A DNA stretch of 47,519 nt from Candidatus Tenderia sp. (GCA_031416075.1 JANOSY010000058.1:1-47519), one strand, 5' to 3'; positions 17,391 through 29,983 are shown, counted from the first letter of the stretch. The notes: generated from the letters alone by a model not told the origin. Program-made: numbers and translations.

Positions 17391-19631
17391 TTAACGCACG
17401 CAATCAACGTAGTAGCGGACTGAGCCATTACTCTTTTCACGCACCAAGCCATGGATGTCGGTCTCAAAGCCTGGAAATTTCTCATTAAATTCACGGGCAA
17501 ACCTCAGGTAACGGATGATCGTCTGGTTGAAGCGTTCACCGGGAATAAGCAGTGGAATACCAGGCGGATAAGGTGTCAGTAAGACACTCGTCACACGCCC
17601 TTCAAGATCATCAATCTCAACACGATCAATCTCACGATGCGCCATCTTGGCAAAGGCGTCGGCAGGTTTCATGGCCGGCTCCATCGGCGAGAGGTACATC
17701 TCGGTGGTGACACGGGCAACATCATTGGCGCGGTAGATGCCATGAATCTCGTCGCACAGATCGCGCAGCCCCATCTTTTCGTAGCGTGAATGTTTTGCCA
17801 CAAACTCGGGCAGAACACGCCACAGCGGTTGGTTACGATCGTAGTCATCTTTGAACTGTTGCAGTTCGGTAAGCATGGTGTTCCAGCGGCCTTTGGTGAT
17901 GCCGATGGTGAACATGATGAAGAAGGAGTAGAGGCCGGTCTTTTCGACGATAACGCCGTGTTCGGCCAGATACTTGGTGACGATGGAGGCAGGGATGCCG
18001 CTGTCGGAGAAGTCGCCATCAACTGCCAGGCCAGGGGTGATGATGGTGGCTTTGATCGGATCGAGCATATTAAAACCGGTGGCCAGATTACCAAAGCCGT
18101 GCCAGCGCTCATCTTTGCGCAACACCCAATCTTCGCGGTCGCCCATGCCCTCTTCGGCCAACTCCTGCTGGCCCCACACCTTAAACCACCAGGAGTCACC
18201 AAACTCTTCATCAACCTTGCGCATGGCGCGGCGGAAATCGAGCGCTTCGAGGATCGACTCTTCAACCAGCGCCGTACCACCGGGGTACTCCATCATGGCG
18301 GCAGCGATATCGCAGGAGGCGATGATGGCGTACTGCGGCGAGGTGGACATGTGCATCAGGAACGCTTCGTTAAAGATGTCGCGATCAAGTTTGCGCTCTT
18401 CGCTGTCCTGTACCAGGATCTGCGACGCCTGCGACAACCCCGCCAGCAGTTTGTGGGTCGACTGGGTGGAGAAGAGCATCGACTTTTTAGGCCGTGGCCG
18501 ATTTTTGCCAATGGCATGCATATCTTTATAGAAGTCATGGAAGGTGGCATGGGGCAGCCACGCCTCGTCGAAGTGCAGTGTATCGATCTTGCCATCAAGC
18601 ATCGCCTTGATGGTTTCAACATTGTAGAGCACGCCGTCATAGGTACTCTGGGTGATGGTGAGTACCCGTGGTGGCCGTTTAACGTCACGCGCAAATGGAT
18701 GCGCCTCGATCTTTTTCTTGATGTTCTCCCACTTAAACTCCTCCAGCGGAATCGGACCGATGATGCCGTAGTGGTTACGGGTTGGCATCAGGAACACCGG
18801 GATCGCACCGGTCATGGTGATGGCGTGCAGGATCGACTTGTGGCAGTTACGGTCAACCACCACCACGTCACCCGGCGCAACGGTGGAGTGCCAGACGATC
18901 TTGTTGGAGGTGGAGGTGCCGTTGGTGACAAAAAAGAGGTGATCCGCATCAAAGATGCGCGCGGCGTTGCGTTCACTGGCGGCGACCGGACCGGTGTGGT
19001 CGAGCAGCTGGCCCAGCTCTTCAACGGCGTTGCAGACGTCGGCACGCAGCATGTTCTCGCCAAAAAACTGGTGAAACATCTGCCCCACCGGACTCTTCAA
19101 GAAGGCAACACCGCCGGAGTGGCCGGGGCAGTGCCATGAGTAGGAGCCATCCGCCGCGTAGTGGACCAACGCACGAAAGAAGGGTGGCGGCAGTGAGTCG
19201 AGATAGGACTTGGTCTCGCGCACCACATAGCGGGCGATGAACTCAGGGGTATCTTCAAACATGTGAATGAAGCCATGCAGCTCTTTGAGCACATCGTTGG
19301 GGATGTGACGCGAGGTGCGGGTCTCGCCGTAGAGGAAGATCGGGATGTCGGTATTACGAAAGCGAATCTCGCTCACAAAGATGCGAATCTGCGCCACCGC
19401 CTTCTCCGCGGCCTCCGGCGTTGAGAACTCTTCATCATCGATCGAAAGAATAAACCCGGAGGCACGACTCTGCTGCTGGGCAAAAGAGGAGACATCACCA
19501 AAGCTGGTAACACCCAACACCTCCAGCCCCTCCGCTTCAATAGCCTTGGCCAGCACGCGAACACCCAGTCCACTGGTATTCTCGGAACGGAAATCTTCGT
19601 CAATGATTACAACGGGGAAACGAAAGCGCAT
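17391..19631 (-). CDS. PLP-dependent lysine/arginine/ornithine decarboxylase (wing-domain type)
   Basis: HCPGHSGG, TNGTSTSNK, DRNCHKS, HFDEAW and STQSTHKLL motifs; substrate not determinable by eye. Confidence 0.93.
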   Translation of the reverse strand: MRFRFPVVIIDEDFRSENTSGLGVRVLAKAIEAEGLEVLGVTSFGDVSSFAQQQSRASGFILSIDDEEFSTPEAAEKAVAQIRIFVSEIRFRNTDIPIFLYGETRTSRHIPNDVLKELHGFIHMFEDTPEFIARYVVRETKSYLDSLPPPFFRALVHYAADGSYSWHCPGHSGGVAFLKSPVGQMFHQFFGENMLRADVCNAVEELGQLLDHTGPVAASERNAARIFDADHLFFVTNGTSTSNKIVWHSTVAPGDVVVVDRNCHKSILHAITMTGAIPVFLMPTRNHYGIIGPIPLEEFKWENIKKKIEAHPFARDVKRPPRVLTITQSTYDGVLYNVETIKAMLDGKIDTLHFDEAWLPHATFHDFYKDMHAIGKNRPRPKKSMLFSTQSTHKLLAGLSQASQILVQDSEERKLDRDIFNEAFLMHMSTSPQYAIIASCDIAAAMMEYPGGTALVEESILEALDFRRAMRKVDEEFGDSWWFKVWGQQELAEEGMGDREDWVLRKDERWHGFGNLATGFNMLDPIKATIITPGLAVDGDFSDSGIPASIVTKYLAEHGVIVEKTGLYSFFIMFTIGITKGRWNTMLTELQQFKDDYDRNQPLWRVLPEFVAKHSRYEKMGLRDLCDEIHGIYRANDVARVTTEMYLSPMEPAMKPADAFAKMAHREIDRVEIDDLEGRVTSVLLTPYPPGIPLLIPGERFNQTIIRYLRFAREFNEKFPGFETDIHGLVREKSNGSVRYYVDCVR

Positions 19632-19793
19632 GACTTCTCCTGCATCAGGATATAAGAATGGGCATAGGCCCTTAAAAACTCTTGGAATTGTAGGGTCAGA
19701 CGCCCCCTGTGTCTAAGCATTTTAGACACAGTCCCACCAGTATAGGACAATCTCCCCTCTGATGGACCCATGATAAACGGCTGGGGATGCCGC

Positions 19794-21458
19794 TCAATCA
19801 CGCCGATCCTCCGGCGACCAGTACGCCAGCAATACCAGAACCGCCAACCCACCCAGCAGCCAGGTCATGAAAGGTGCATCCCCTATCATCCGTGGGGCAT
19901 AACCATCCAACCCCAGTACCACTGCCGCCGCAACGATCAACCCGGCGGCCAGTATGGCACCCACACTACGACGATTGCCACGCTCGATGTCGCGCCGCAA
20001 CTGTTCCAGCTCCGCAGAACGCAGGGCCAGCTCCAGCTCACCCTGCTGGGCACGTTTAGCCAGATCGTGGATCATGCCCGGCAGTTGTGGCAAGGTCTCC
20101 GCCCAGAGCGGCAGATTCTCTTTGAGTGATTTGAAGAGGCTGCGGGCGCCGACCTGCTCACTCATCCAGCGCTCCAGAAACGGCTTGGCGGTCTGCCAGA
20201 GGTCAAGATCAGGATAGAGCTGTCGTCCCAGCCCTTCGATATTAAGCAGCGTCTTCTGCAACAGCACCAGCTGTGGCTGAATCTCCATATTAAAACGGCG
20301 CGCGGTCTGGAACAGCCGCAACAGCAGATGGCCAAAGGAGATATCCTTCAGCGGCCGTTCAAAGATCGGTTCGCAGACGCTACGGATGGCCGCCTCAAAC
20401 TCATCGATACGGGTACCCACCGGCACCCACTTGGACTGCACATGAAGCTCGGCAACCCGATGGTAGTCACGGTTGAAAAAGGCCAGAAAGTTACCCGCCA
20501 GGTAGTGCTGATCTTCGGGGCTTAACGTACCCATGATGCCAAAATCAACGGCCAGGTACTTGCCCTCCGGCGAGGCAAAGATGTTGCCGGGGTGCATATC
20601 CGCATGAAAAAAGTTGTGGCGGAAGACCTGGGTAAAAAAGATTTCAACCCCACGCTCAGAGATACGTTTCAGATCCACACCCTGACGCCGCAGCTCATCA
20701 GTATCACCGATCGGGGTGCCATAAATACGCTCCATCACCATCACATTACGGCGACAGTAGGGCCAATAGATCTCGGGGATGTAGAGATCCGCTGACCCCT
20801 GAAAATTGCGCCGCAGCTGCGAGGCGTTGGCCGCTTCGCGCATCAGATCCAGCTCATCGAGAATAGTAGTTTCGTACTCCGCCACCACCGCCCGTGGGCG
20901 CAGACGGCGGCCATCCTTCCAGTAGCTCTCCGCAAGATCGGCAATAAGATAGAGCAGCCCGACGTCGCGCTGAATCACCTTTTTGATGCATGGGCGCACC
21001 ACCTTCACCACCACGTCAGTGCCATCAAGCAGCTTGGCGGTATGGACCTGGGCAATGGAGGCGGAGGCCAGCGGCGTCTCATTAAACTCCGCAAACACCG
21101 CGCTAAGCGGCTGGCCATAGGCCTCCTCAATGATCTGCCGCGCCAGTGCGCCAGGGAACGGCGGCACCCGGTCCTGTAATTTGGCCAGCTCGTTGGCAAT
21201 CTCATCGGGCAACAGATCACGGCGGGTCGAGAGGATCTGACCAAACTTTACAAACAGCGGCCCCAGCTCCTCCAGCGCACCACGAATCCGATCCCCATGG
21301 CTCGCCTCAGCATTGCGAAACCAGTGTGGCGGCCAGCAGTAACGCAAAAAATGGAGCGAACGAAACAGCGGCATCGCCAGAACGATCTCATCAAGGCCGT
21401 GTTTGAGCAGAATCCAGTTAATGTGGAGCAGACGCCAGAGCTGGCCGGGACTGATCAT
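19794..21458 (-). CDS. ubiB: Ubiquinone biosynthesis protein kinase-like UbiB
   Basis: [44 protein letters not shown]; follows ubiEJ. Confidence 0.96.
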   Translation of the reverse strand: MISPGQLWRLLHINWILLKHGLDEIVLAMPLFRSLHFLRYCWPPHWFRNAEASHGDRIRGALEELGPLFVKFGQILSTRRDLLPDEIANELAKLQDRVPPFPGALARQIIEEAYGQPLSAVFAEFNETPLASASIAQVHTAKLLDGTDVVVKVVRPCIKKVIQRDVGLLYLIADLAESYWKDGRRLRPRAVVAEYETTILDELDLMREAANASQLRRNFQGSADLYIPEIYWPYCRRNVMVMERIYGTPIGDTDELRRQGVDLKRISERGVEIFFTQVFRHNFFHADMHPGNIFASPEGKYLAVDFGIMGTLSPEDQHYLAGNFLAFFNRDYHRVAELHVQSKWVPVGTRIDEFEAAIRSVCEPIFERPLKDISFGHLLLRLFQTARRFNMEIQPQLVLLQKTLLNIEGLGRQLYPDLDLWQTAKPFLERWMSEQVGARSLFKSLKENLPLWAETLPQLPGMIHDLAKRAQQGELELALRSAELEQLRRDIERGNRRSVGAILAAGLIVAAAVVLGLDGYAPRMIGDAPFMTWLLGGLAVLVLLAYWSPEDRRD

Positions 21459-22078
21459 CGTACCGGGGTTCCTTGACTGCCAAGGCGGGCGATACGTTGT
21501 GCCAGCCGATCAACATCAGAACGCAGGGTATCCACCTGATCAAGAAACGGCGTTAGCTCCGCCTTGACCACTAGGTCACGACTCTCCTCTTGCAGATATT
21601 CCGCCACATCACGCCCCAGCGTCTCCACCGCACTGATCCCCCACTGGGCAAAGCCGCGCACAACATTGCCAAGCTGGTGTGCCACCACATCCCCTGTGAG
21701 TCGCGACACCTGCTCCTCCCAGTCGATATCGAGGCCATCGAGAATCTGCTGCACCTGGCGGCCAAGATGGGTATCACCCTCCATCTCCACCCCTTTGCCA
21801 AAGAGGCTGGCGGGGTGGTCACTCAAACCCATACGCGCCAGCGAGAAGGGACCACCACGGATACACACATCGGGATCACCTTCAAAGACGCTTTGAACAC
21901 GCAGGCCTTGTGCATTAGGGACAAGATAGAATTCGATTCCGACGCCCTGAATCTCCAGCGCAATCACCTTGCCCTCCAGGGCAGCGATCCGTTTAAGTGT
22001 TTCGGGATCAAGGCGTAACGCCTGATTGATCACCTTTTCCAGGGCAGCGGTGGCAAGCAGTGGCAGCATGGTCATCAC
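21455..22078 (-). CDS. ubiJ: Ubiquinone biosynthesis accessory factor UbiJ
   Basis: SCP2-like N-terminus, IDWEE..S...GD..A, EYLQEE; between ubiE and ubiB. Confidence 0.9.
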   Translation of the reverse strand: MMTMLPLLATAALEKVINQALRLDPETLKRIAALEGKVIALEIQGVGIEFYLVPNAQGLRVQSVFEGDPDVCIRGGPFSLARMGLSDHPASLFGKGVEMEGDTHLGRQVQQILDGLDIDWEEQVSRLTGDVVAHQLGNVVRGFAQWGISAVETLGRDVAEYLQEESRDLVVKAELTPFLDQVDTLRSDVDRLAQRIARLGSQGTPVR

Positions 22079-22081
22079 CTT

Positions 22082-22840
22082 TTAAAGTTTGTAACCGCGA
22101 TGCAGCGCAACAATGCCGCCGCTGAGATTGAAGTAGCTACACCGTTCAAAACCGGCAGACTCCATCATCTGCTTCAACTCATCCTGACCGGGATGCATGC
22201 GGATCGACTCGGCCAGATAGCGGTAACTCTCTTCATCGTTGGCAATTAACTTACCCATGAACGGCAGCAATTTAAATGAGTAGGTGTCGTAGATCGGCTT
22301 CAATCCGGGCACAACGGGCTTGGAGAACTCCAGCACCAGCAGCCGGCCACCCGGCTTGAGCACCCGCAAGATCGAACGCAGCGCCGCCTCTTTATCGGTA
22401 ACGTTGCGCAGCCCAAAGGCGATGGTGACGCAATCAAAATAGCTGTCAGGGAACGGCAGCGCCTCGGCATTGGCCTGCACATAACGCAGATTACCCACAA
22501 TGCCACGATCGATCTGGCGCGCCCGGCCATTGCCCAACATCGCACCGTTGATGTCAGAGGCAACCACTTCACCCGTGCTACCGACAAGACCCGCCAGCTT
22601 CGCCGCCAGGTCACCGGTGCCAGAGGCCAGATCAAGCGCCCGCTGCCCCGACTTGAGGCCGGTCATCTCGATGGTGTAGCGCTTCCAAAGACGGTGCACA
22701 CCAAACGACATCACATCGTTCATCACATCGTACTTGTCGGCGACGGAGTCAAACACCTCGCGCACCTTGCGCACCTTCTCCTCCACCGGCACCTGTTTAT
22801 AACCGAAGTGGGTCGTTTTATCCTGTGGCTGAGTCATCAC
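22082..22840 (-). CDS. ubiE: Ubiquinone/menaquinone C-methyltransferase
   Basis: [45 protein letters not shown]. Confidence 0.97.
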   Translation of the reverse strand: MMTQPQDKTTHFGYKQVPVEEKVRKVREVFDSVADKYDVMNDVMSFGVHRLWKRYTIEMTGLKSGQRALDLASGTGDLAAKLAGLVGSTGEVVASDINGAMLGNGRARQIDRGIVGNLRYVQANAEALPFPDSYFDCVTIAFGLRNVTDKEAALRSILRVLKPGGRLLVLEFSKPVVPGLKPIYDTYSFKLLPFMGKLIANDEESYRYLAESIRMHPGQDELKQMMESAGFERCSYFNLSGGIVALHRGYKL

Positions 22841-23212
22841 TTACTCCTGCAACTGACTGTGGGGATGGCCCGCTTCCTTGAGCCTGCGCAGATAGTCCTG
22901 CCACAACTCATCCTGATGCTTGCCAAGGGTGTAGAGCAGATCCCAATCGTAGAGGCCGGTGTTGTGGCCATCATCGTAAAAAATCTTCACCGCATAGTTA
23001 CCGACCGGCTCGATGGCAACTATGTTGACCGCCTCCTTATCGAGCTGCAATACCTCCTGCCCCCGGCCATGGCCACGCACCGCCGCCGACGGCGAATAGA
23101 CCCGCAGGTACTCACACGGCAGCATGAAGCGCTCGTCGCCTTCAAAGCTGACCTCCAGGCGACGTGTCTTCTGGTGCAGCACAATATTGGTGGGGGTGTG
23201 TTTGCTCATCAA
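22841..23212 (-). CDS. DUF971 / gamma-butyrobetaine hydroxylase-like N-terminal domain protein
   Basis: EYLRVYSPSA.V.GHG, VGNYAV...DDGH.TGLY.W. Confidence 0.9.
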   Translation of the reverse strand: MMSKHTPTNIVLHQKTRRLEVSFEGDERFMLPCEYLRVYSPSAAVRGHGRGQEVLQLDKEAVNIVAIEPVGNYAVKIFYDDGHNTGLYDWDLLYTLGKHQDELWQDYLRRLKEAGHPHSQLQE

Positions 23213-23220
23213 TGCACTTC

Positions 23221-24552
23221 CTAAAGGATGTATCTGCTCAAATCATCATTCTCCACCAACTTGCCAAGCTGGGCGTTGACGTAATCGGCATCGATCACCA
23301 GCTCCGTGCCCGGCTTGTCTGACGCCTCATAGGAGAGCGGCTCCAGCAACCGTTCAACCACCGTATGCAGCCGCCGGGCACCGATATTTTCGGTGCGTTC
23401 GTTGACCTGCCACGCCACTTCGGCGAGCCGGGCGATGCCGTCAGCGGCAAAGCTGATGCTGACCCCTTCGGTCGCCAGCAGCGCGCTGTACTGTTGTGTC
23501 AACGAGGCATCAGGCTCGGTGAGAATGCGAACAAAATCTTCAACCTTCAACGCATCCAGCTCGACCCGGATCGGCAGACGCCCTTGCAGCTCCGGCACCA
23601 GGTCGGAGGGCTTGACGAGGTGAAAGGCGCCGGAGGCGATAAATAGAATGTGGTCGGTCTTGATGACACCGTGTTTGGTGGTAACGGTACACCCCTCCAC
23701 CAGCGGTAGCAGGTCGCGCTGCACCCCTTCACGACTGACATCGGCACCGGAAAATTCGGCCCGTTTGGCGATCTTGTCGATCTCGTCGATGAAGACGATG
23801 CCGTTCTGCTCGGCGTTGTGGAGCGCCTTACTCTTGATCTCCTCTTCATTGACCAGCGCAGCCGCCTCCTCTTCGATCAGCAGCTTGAGGGCATCTTTAA
23901 CCGGCAGCTTGCGGCGCTGCATCTTGCCCGTGCCCATGTTTTGAAACAGCCCCTGCAACTGGCTGGTCATATCCTCCATGCCGGGCGGCCCCATGAGCTC
24001 GACATTGGGGGCGGTGGCGGCCACTTCGATCTCGATCTCTTTATCGTCGAGCTGTCCTTCGCGCAGCTTTTTACGGAACAGCTGACGGGTGGTGGAGCTT
24101 CTCTCCTCCGGCTCGTGACCAAAACCGCCGCGTGGCGGTGGCAGCAGGATGTCGAGGATACGCTCCTCGGCGGCCTCTTCGGCGCGAAAGCGCACCTCGA
24201 CCTTGGCCTGCTCGCGGGTCAGTTTGATGGCGACATCGACCAGATCACGGATGATCGACTCAACATCGCGCCCCACATAACCAACCTCGGTGAACTTGGT
24301 CGCCTCGACCTTCACAAAGGGGGCGTTGGCGAGTTTGGCAAGACGCCGGGCGATCTCGGTCTTGCCGACGCCAGTGGGGCCAATCATCAGGATATTTTTC
24401 GGCGTGATCTCGTTACGCAGGTCGACATCATCCACCTGACCACGACGCCAGCGGTTGCGCAGGGCGATGGCGACGGCGCGCTTGGCGGCGGCCTGGCCGA
24501 TGATGTGTTTGTCCAGCTCCTGGACGATCTCACGGGGGGTCATATCAGACAT
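23221..24552 (-). CDS. hslU: ATP-dependent protease ATPase subunit HslU
   Basis: [36 protein letters not shown]; ATG 24552 inferred. Confidence 0.97.
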   Translation of the reverse strand: MSDMTPREIVQELDKHIIGQAAAKRAVAIALRNRWRRGQVDDVDLRNEITPKNILMIGPTGVGKTEIARRLAKLANAPFVKVEATKFTEVGYVGRDVESIIRDLVDVAIKLTREQAKVEVRFRAEEAAEERILDILLPPPRGGFGHEPEERSSTTRQLFRKKLREGQLDDKEIEIEVAATAPNVELMGPPGMEDMTSQLQGLFQNMGTGKMQRRKLPVKDALKLLIEEEAAALVNEEEIKSKALHNAEQNGIVFIDEIDKIAKRAEFSGADVSREGVQRDLLPLVEGCTVTTKHGVIKTDHILFIASGAFHLVKPSDLVPELQGRLPIRVELDALKVEDFVRILTEPDASLTQQYSALLATEGVSISFAADGIARLAEVAWQVNERTENIGARRLHTVVERLLEPLSYEASDKPGTELVIDADYVNAQLGKLVENDDLSRYIL

Positions 24553-24574
24553 GATGCAGTTAAACCTTTCTGAA

Positions 24575-25120
24575 TTACTGTTCGCTGATGAGCTCTTCAA
24601 TCACCAGATTGTGATTGGTGTAGACACAGATGTCGGCGGCAATGTTCAATGCCTTTTCAACAATGGTGCGGGCATCCAGGTCGGTATTTTCCAGCAGCGC
24701 AGTGGCCGCCGCCTGAGCGAAGGAGCCGCCGGAGCCGATGGCGAGCAGATTGTTGTCCTGCTCGATGACATCGCCGTTGCCGGTGATGATCAGCGACGCC
24801 TTGGCATCGGCGACGATCAACAGCGCCTCAAGGCGACGTAGGGCGCGATCGGTACGCCAATCCTTGGCCAGCTCAACGGCGGAGCGGACCAGATGGCCGG
24901 AGTGTTTTTCGAGCTTGCCTTCAAAACGTTCAAAGAGGGTAAAGGCGTCGGCGGTGCCACCGGCAAATCCGGCGATGACACGGTCGCCATAGATACGGCG
25001 CACCTTGCGGGCGTTGCCCTTCATCACGGTATTGCCCATGGATACCTGGCCGTCGCCGCCGATGACAACCTGGTTGCCACGCCGTACGGACAGGATGGTG
25101 GTTCCACGATATTGCTCCAC
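24575..25120 (-). CDS. hslV: ATP-dependent protease peptidase subunit HslV
   Basis: GTTILSVRR (catalytic Thr), GDGQVS, GFAG, IGSGG. Confidence 0.97.
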   Translation of the reverse strand: MEQYRGTTILSVRRGNQVVIGGDGQVSMGNTVMKGNARKVRRIYGDRVIAGFAGGTADAFTLFERFEGKLEKHSGHLVRSAVELAKDWRTDRALRRLEALLIVADAKASLIITGNGDVIEQDNNLLAIGSGGSFAQAAATALLENTDLDARTIVEKALNIAADICVYTNHNLVIEELISEQ

Positions 25121-25197
25121 TGCTCACTCCTCCAGGTAGTTGCCACAGAATGGCGCATTGTACACTAACTGGGCGGTGGCTAATGGCTGGTGAAGTG

Positions 25198-26841
25198 TCA
25201 GGTATCGCTACTGATAATCCGGTTACGACCCTCATGTTTAGCGCGATAAAGACGCTGGTCCGCCAACTCCCGCAGCTCACCACTACCGGCCATCGATAAC
25301 AGCTCGGCAACACCACAGCTGAAGGTGGCTGAAAACTCCTTGTCTCCGGTACAGTGCATCGTCTCACTAAACAGCTGCCGCACCTCACACATCACTTCAG
25401 CGGCATTTAGCAACGACGTTTCGGGCATGATAATGGCAAATTCTTCACCACCGTAACGTCCAACAAAATCGGTTTTACGCAGCCGCTGCTGCAGCAGTCG
25501 TGACAGACCTTTAAGAACACTGTCACCTACAGCATGGCCGTAACTGTCGTTAATCTTTTTAAAATTATCGATATCGAGCATAACAAAACTGAGCGGCCCT
25601 CCATTGCGTGAGGTGCGTGCCACCTCATGATCCAGACTTGCCATAATGCTGGTATGGTTTAGCAAACCCGTCAAACTGTCACAACTCATCAGCGAGCGCA
25701 ACGTACGATAGCGTTCCGCACAGATGGTCACTGATTGAATCAATTCGCTGGCCTTGATGGGTTTGGTCAGAAAGTCATCCCCCCCCTTGCGCATTGCATC
25801 AAGCTGCACGTTGCGCTCAGACTCCGACGAAAGAAATACAATCGGCACGCCCACATAACCGGGCTGCTGGCGTATCACCGCCGCCAGTTCCACACCGCTG
25901 CACTGAGGCATATACATATCCATCAAAATCAGCTCTGGTGCAAATTCCGCCAGCACCTCAAAGACCCTCATGGAATCTGTCACCACCGTGGTCACAATCC
26001 CGGCATGCTGTAAGATCAAGGCGTAGTGGTCGGCCTGATCGACCTGATCATCCACCAGCAATACCCGTAGCGGCTCGCTCGTCTGGCGCTCAACCAGACC
26101 ATCCATCACATCCACCAGCTTTCCGACCGATAGCGGGTGCTGAAAATAAGCAACACCCTTGGCCCGGACCGCAGCCAGGCGAGTATCAAAATCTGCATCG
26201 TTGGAAAAAAATATCACTGGCAGGGGCACTGCCTGTTGGCGCTGAATCGCTGCAACCGACTCAATGCCTGCACACTTCCCCTCAGCCAGAACGATATCTG
26301 CCAGGATGATGGCGGGGCACAGCTCAGCCGCCGCCTGCTGCAACGCAACACCACTACTAAAACACTCAATACTGTACCCAAAACCTTGCAGCTGGCTGCC
26401 GATGTTGCTTTTGCTGGTCTCTTCATTCTCCAGCAAATAGACCAATCGAGAGTTTGGGCGCTGCCACAGCTCTTCATCCACGACATCTGCCGCCAACCGG
26501 GTAGGCCGATCCACGTTACTCACCTCTGCACCCATCTCATCCAGCCACCGCGCTGCGGTAACAAACTGTTCCATAACGCCCTCGCCACCAGCATCACTAA
26601 GCTGTTTTAAGTGGCTTTCCAACTGACGCGCCAATTGACTGATACGATCACAACCAAAGGTCGCTCCAGCGCCCGTCAAACTGTGGGCGAGGCGGTGATA
26701 CTCATCCAGTTCTGTTACACCGCCGCGACACCAATCCTCATGGGCCGCACGCAACGTGGCCAGACGTTGTGGCAGCTGCTCAACAAACCCCAACCTGAGC
26801 GCGGCGAGCTGCCTTTGAATTGAATCCATTGAGCCTGACAC
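25198..26841 (-). CDS. Hpt-REC-REC-GGDEF diguanylate cyclase response regulator
   Basis: AHSLTGAGATFG (Hpt), two receiver domains, RKTD I-site and GGEEF. Confidence 0.9.
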   Translation of the reverse strand: MSGSMDSIQRQLAALRLGFVEQLPQRLATLRAAHEDWCRGGVTELDEYHRLAHSLTGAGATFGCDRISQLARQLESHLKQLSDAGGEGVMEQFVTAARWLDEMGAEVSNVDRPTRLAADVVDEELWQRPNSRLVYLLENEETSKSNIGSQLQGFGYSIECFSSGVALQQAAAELCPAIILADIVLAEGKCAGIESVAAIQRQQAVPLPVIFFSNDADFDTRLAAVRAKGVAYFQHPLSVGKLVDVMDGLVERQTSEPLRVLLVDDQVDQADHYALILQHAGIVTTVVTDSMRVFEVLAEFAPELILMDMYMPQCSGVELAAVIRQQPGYVGVPIVFLSSESERNVQLDAMRKGGDDFLTKPIKASELIQSVTICAERYRTLRSLMSCDSLTGLLNHTSIMASLDHEVARTSRNGGPLSFVMLDIDNFKKINDSYGHAVGDSVLKGLSRLLQQRLRKTDFVGRYGGEEFAIIMPETSLLNAAEVMCEVRQLFSETMHCTGDKEFSATFSCGVAELLSMAGSGELRELADQRLYRAKHEGRNRIISSDT

Positions 26842-27065
26842 TTTCAGTAGAGCCCCTTTTTATATATAGCTCGCCACAACCACCAGACCCTGCTCCGCCT
26901 CATCGTACAGATAGACTCATCGGCCACTCTTAACGAAGCTTAAACGTCCGGGTATTTAGGCAAATTTGGCCGACACGGCTATAATCGGCAACACTCGGGG
27001 TCTGCGTACCCCCTCAAAAATAGCACCTATCTTTTCATTATTATCACATTCAGGAGAAAAAACAG

Positions 27066-28283
27066 ATGTCAAAGCTGGTCAATCCACACGGTGGCGGGGC
27101 GTTAAAGCCCTTATTATTAGAGGGCAATGCCTTAGCGGCTGAGCTGATTCGCGCCAAGAGCCTGACCCAGATTACCGTCAGCTCACGGGAAGTGGGCGAT
27201 ATCATCATGCTCGGTATCGGCGGTTTCACACCCCTGAACGGCTTTATGACCCATGCTGACTGGCAAGGGGTCTGTGACAACATGAAGATGGCTGACGGCC
27301 TGTTCTGGCCAATACCGATCACCCTCTCCACCACCACCGAAACAGCCGCTGACCTCAAACCGGGCCAGGAGGTTGCGCTGGTTGACGGCGAAAGTGGCGA
27401 CATCATCGCGACCATGACGATCTCCGAAAAATATGCCATCGACAAAAAACATGAGTGTATGTCGGTCTTCAAGACCACCGATTCCGAACATCCGGGCGTG
27501 AAGATGGTGATGGATCAGGGAGACGTCAACCTGGCCGGCCCGGTCAAAGTGCTATCACAGGGGCGCTTCCCCATCGATTTCGCCGATATCTACATGACCC
27601 CGGCCGAGACCCGTAAACTTTTCGAAGAGAAAGGGTGGTCCTCCGTTGTCGCCTTCCAGACCCGCAACCCGCTACACCGCTCCCACGAATATCTGGTCAA
27701 GATCGCCATCGAAATCTGTGACGGCGTCATGATCCACTCGCTGCTGGGCAAACTCAAAGCGGGCGACATCCCCTCCGACGTGCGGGTCAAAGCAATCAAC
27801 GCCCTGGTCGAGAACCACTTCGTCAAAGACACCGTGGTCCAGTCCGGCTACCCGCTCGACATGCGTTACGCCGGTCCGCGCGAGGCGCTGCTGCACGCCC
27901 TGTTCCGCCAGAACTACGGCTGCTCACACCTGATCGTTGGTCGCGACCACGCCGGTGTTGGCGACTACTACGGCCCATTTGACGCCCACCACATCTTCGA
28001 CGAGATCCCCGCCGATGCGCTGGAGACCAAGCCACTGAAGATCGACTGGACCTTCTACTGCTACAAGTGCGGTGGCATGGCCTCCATGAAGACCTGCCCA
28101 CATGAGGGGTCTGATCGCCTGCTGCTCTCAGGCTCCAAACTCCGCAAACTGCTGTCGGAAGGCGGTGAAGTGCCGGCTGAGTTCTCACGCCCGGAAGTGC
28201 TGGCGATCCTGCGCGAATACTATGCAGGCCTGGAAGATCACGAAAAGGTTGAAGTCAAACTCAGCGGCCACTCCGCCCGTTAG
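27066..28283 (+). CDS. sat: Sulfate adenylyltransferase (Sat type)
   Basis: [31 protein letters not shown]; AGGAG RBS. Confidence 0.96.
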   Translation: MSKLVNPHGGGALKPLLLEGNALAAELIRAKSLTQITVSSREVGDIIMLGIGGFTPLNGFMTHADWQGVCDNMKMADGLFWPIPITLSTTTETAADLKPGQEVALVDGESGDIIATMTISEKYAIDKKHECMSVFKTTDSEHPGVKMVMDQGDVNLAGPVKVLSQGRFPIDFADIYMTPAETRKLFEEKGWSSVVAFQTRNPLHRSHEYLVKIAIEICDGVMIHSLLGKLKAGDIPSDVRVKAINALVENHFVKDTVVQSGYPLDMRYAGPREALLHALFRQNYGCSHLIVGRDHAGVGDYYGPFDAHHIFDEIPADALETKPLKIDWTFYCYKCGGMASMKTCPHEGSDRLLLSGSKLRKLLSEGGEVPAEFSRPEVLAILREYYAGLEDHEKVEVKLSGHSAR

Positions 28284-28303
28284 AGCTCACCTCACGTCCC
28301 ACC

Positions 28304-28337
28304 ATAAAAAAGGCCCGCAATTGCGGGCCTTTTTTAT
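28304..28337. terminator. Bidirectional intrinsic terminator
   Basis: ATAAAAAAGGCCCGCAATTGCGGGCCTTTTTTAT perfect palindrome between convergent sat and degQ. Confidence 0.88.
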
Positions 28338-28350
28338 TACTGGCGACCTA

Positions 28351-29745
28351 TTACGGCAGCAGCGCGAACATTGCGTTATTGCCACGTCTAACGTTGATCA
28401 GCACACTTGGGCCACTCCGTTTTAACGCCGCCTCCATCTGCTCACGGCTCTTCACCGGAATACGGTTAATCGATACCAGCAGATCCCCTTTCCTCAAACC
28501 AGCGCTCCAGCCAGCCGTGCCCGGTGTCACGCCAAAAATCAGCATGCCATCGACCTTGCCATAGAGCGGTGAGTCCTCCGGAATGGGGCCAAACAACATC
28601 CCATCAAAGCGCGGATTAAGCAGTCGCCCTTCAAACCAGAAGGCTGTCGGTGCCTCAATTTTCACCGTAATGGTGGCCGGTTTACCGGCGCGCACGATCC
28701 CCAAACGGATCTCCGTGCCGGCCCGCAGCAGGCCAATGGCATTTTTCAGGTCTGCGGTATCCTTGAGTGGCCGGTCACCCACCGCCACCACCACATCCCC
28801 CGCCTGCAGCCCGGCAAGTGCCGCCGAGGCGTCAGGTTCCACACTGGAGATCAACACCCCTACACGCCACTCCAAGCCAAAGGCCTTGGCCAGCTCCGGC
28901 GTCAGGGTCTGGCCCGAGATACCCAAGCGACCACGGCGAATCTCACCATACTCCACCAGCTGGGACATCAGCTCCCGCGCCATATTGGTGGGAATGGCGA
29001 AACCGATGCCCACATTACCGCCACTGGGGGCGACAATCGCGGTATTCACCCCCACCAGCTCGCCACGCAGGTTTACCAGCGCGCCACCGGAGTTGCCGGG
29101 ATTGATAGAGGCATCGGTCTGAATAAAGTCCTCATACCCCTCAATGCCAAGGCCACTACGTCCCAGGGCACTCACAATCCCCGAGGTAACGGTCTGCCCC
29201 AGACCAAACGGATTGCCAATCGCCACCACAAAATCCCCCACCCGCAGCTGGCTGGAGTCTGCCATGGGCAATGCGGTCAGCCCCTCTGCCGGAATCTGGA
29301 TCACCGCCACATCCGCCTCCGGATCGGCCCCCACCAGCGTAGCATCAACGGTACGGCCATCACGCAAGGTGACGCGAATCTCCTGAGCCTTATCAATCAC
29401 ATGGTTATTAGTCAGCACATAACCCCGCGTGGCATCCACAATCACCCCCGAGCCCAGACTCTGGGTCTGACGCTGCTGGGGCTGCTGCTCCGGCACCCCA
29501 AAAAAGCGCCGGAAGGCGGGATCACTCAGCAGTGGGTTGTCCTCCACACTGACCCGCCCGACGGTGGCGATGTTAACCACGGCTGGTGTCACCCGCTCCA
29601 GCATTGGCGCCAGACTCGGCAACTGCGCCGCCTGGCTATCATGAACGGGCAGCGCCGCCACCACTGGCACCGTCCACAACCATGCACCCGCCAACACTGC
29701 GGCCATTGACCAGACCGGTCTACCCTGGGACTGTTTTATCGCCAT
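28351..29745 (-). CDS. degQ: HtrA-family periplasmic serine protease with two PDZ domains
   Basis: LGSGVI, TNNHV, IQTDASINPGNSGGAL; signal peptide. Confidence 0.9.
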   Translation of the reverse strand: MAIKQSQGRPVWSMAAVLAGAWLWTVPVVAALPVHDSQAAQLPSLAPMLERVTPAVVNIATVGRVSVEDNPLLSDPAFRRFFGVPEQQPQQRQTQSLGSGVIVDATRGYVLTNNHVIDKAQEIRVTLRDGRTVDATLVGADPEADVAVIQIPAEGLTALPMADSSQLRVGDFVVAIGNPFGLGQTVTSGIVSALGRSGLGIEGYEDFIQTDASINPGNSGGALVNLRGELVGVNTAIVAPSGGNVGIGFAIPTNMARELMSQLVEYGEIRRGRLGISGQTLTPELAKAFGLEWRVGVLISSVEPDASAALAGLQAGDVVVAVGDRPLKDTADLKNAIGLLRAGTEIRLGIVRAGKPATITVKIEAPTAFWFEGRLLNPRFDGMLFGPIPEDSPLYGKVDGMLIFGVTPGTAGWSAGLRKGDLLVSINRIPVKSREQMEAALKRSGPSVLINVRRGNNAMFALLP

Positions 29746-29957
29746 AAAATCTCCGTAAAAAATGCTCCATCACCCACAACGCCCCATTTCCCAGCCACAG
29801 CCGGGAGGGGCGCTGGCCATAAGACCCAACATCATAGGAGATGTTCCTCCTTTTCCATACTCACATTAAACAGCCCCGTATTCAAAGCCGCACCGGCTGC
29901 CTATCTACCCGGAACCCGCTAAGCCCTTGAATGCGCACAAAACAGCAGATAACCACA

Positions 29958-29973
29958 ACACAACATGTAGTGT
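29958..29973. promoter_or_regulatory. NrdR box (distal)
   Basis: ACACAACATGTAGTGT fits the acaCwAtATaTwGtgt consensus; upstream of nrdJ. Confidence 0.7.
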
Positions 29974-29983
29974 TATCAGCATT

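Noticed and set aside
19690-19731. Inverted repeat CTGTGTCTAA / TTAGACACAG upstream of the decarboxylase
   Set aside because: Real 10-bp repeat, but I cannot decide between operator, ubiB terminator or decayed REP.
13446-24992. Long plus-strand ORFs opposite glgP, the decarboxylase and hslU (e.g. 13446..14564, 17790..19139, 23818..24573)
   Set aside because: Antisense shadows of well-conserved GC-rich genes.
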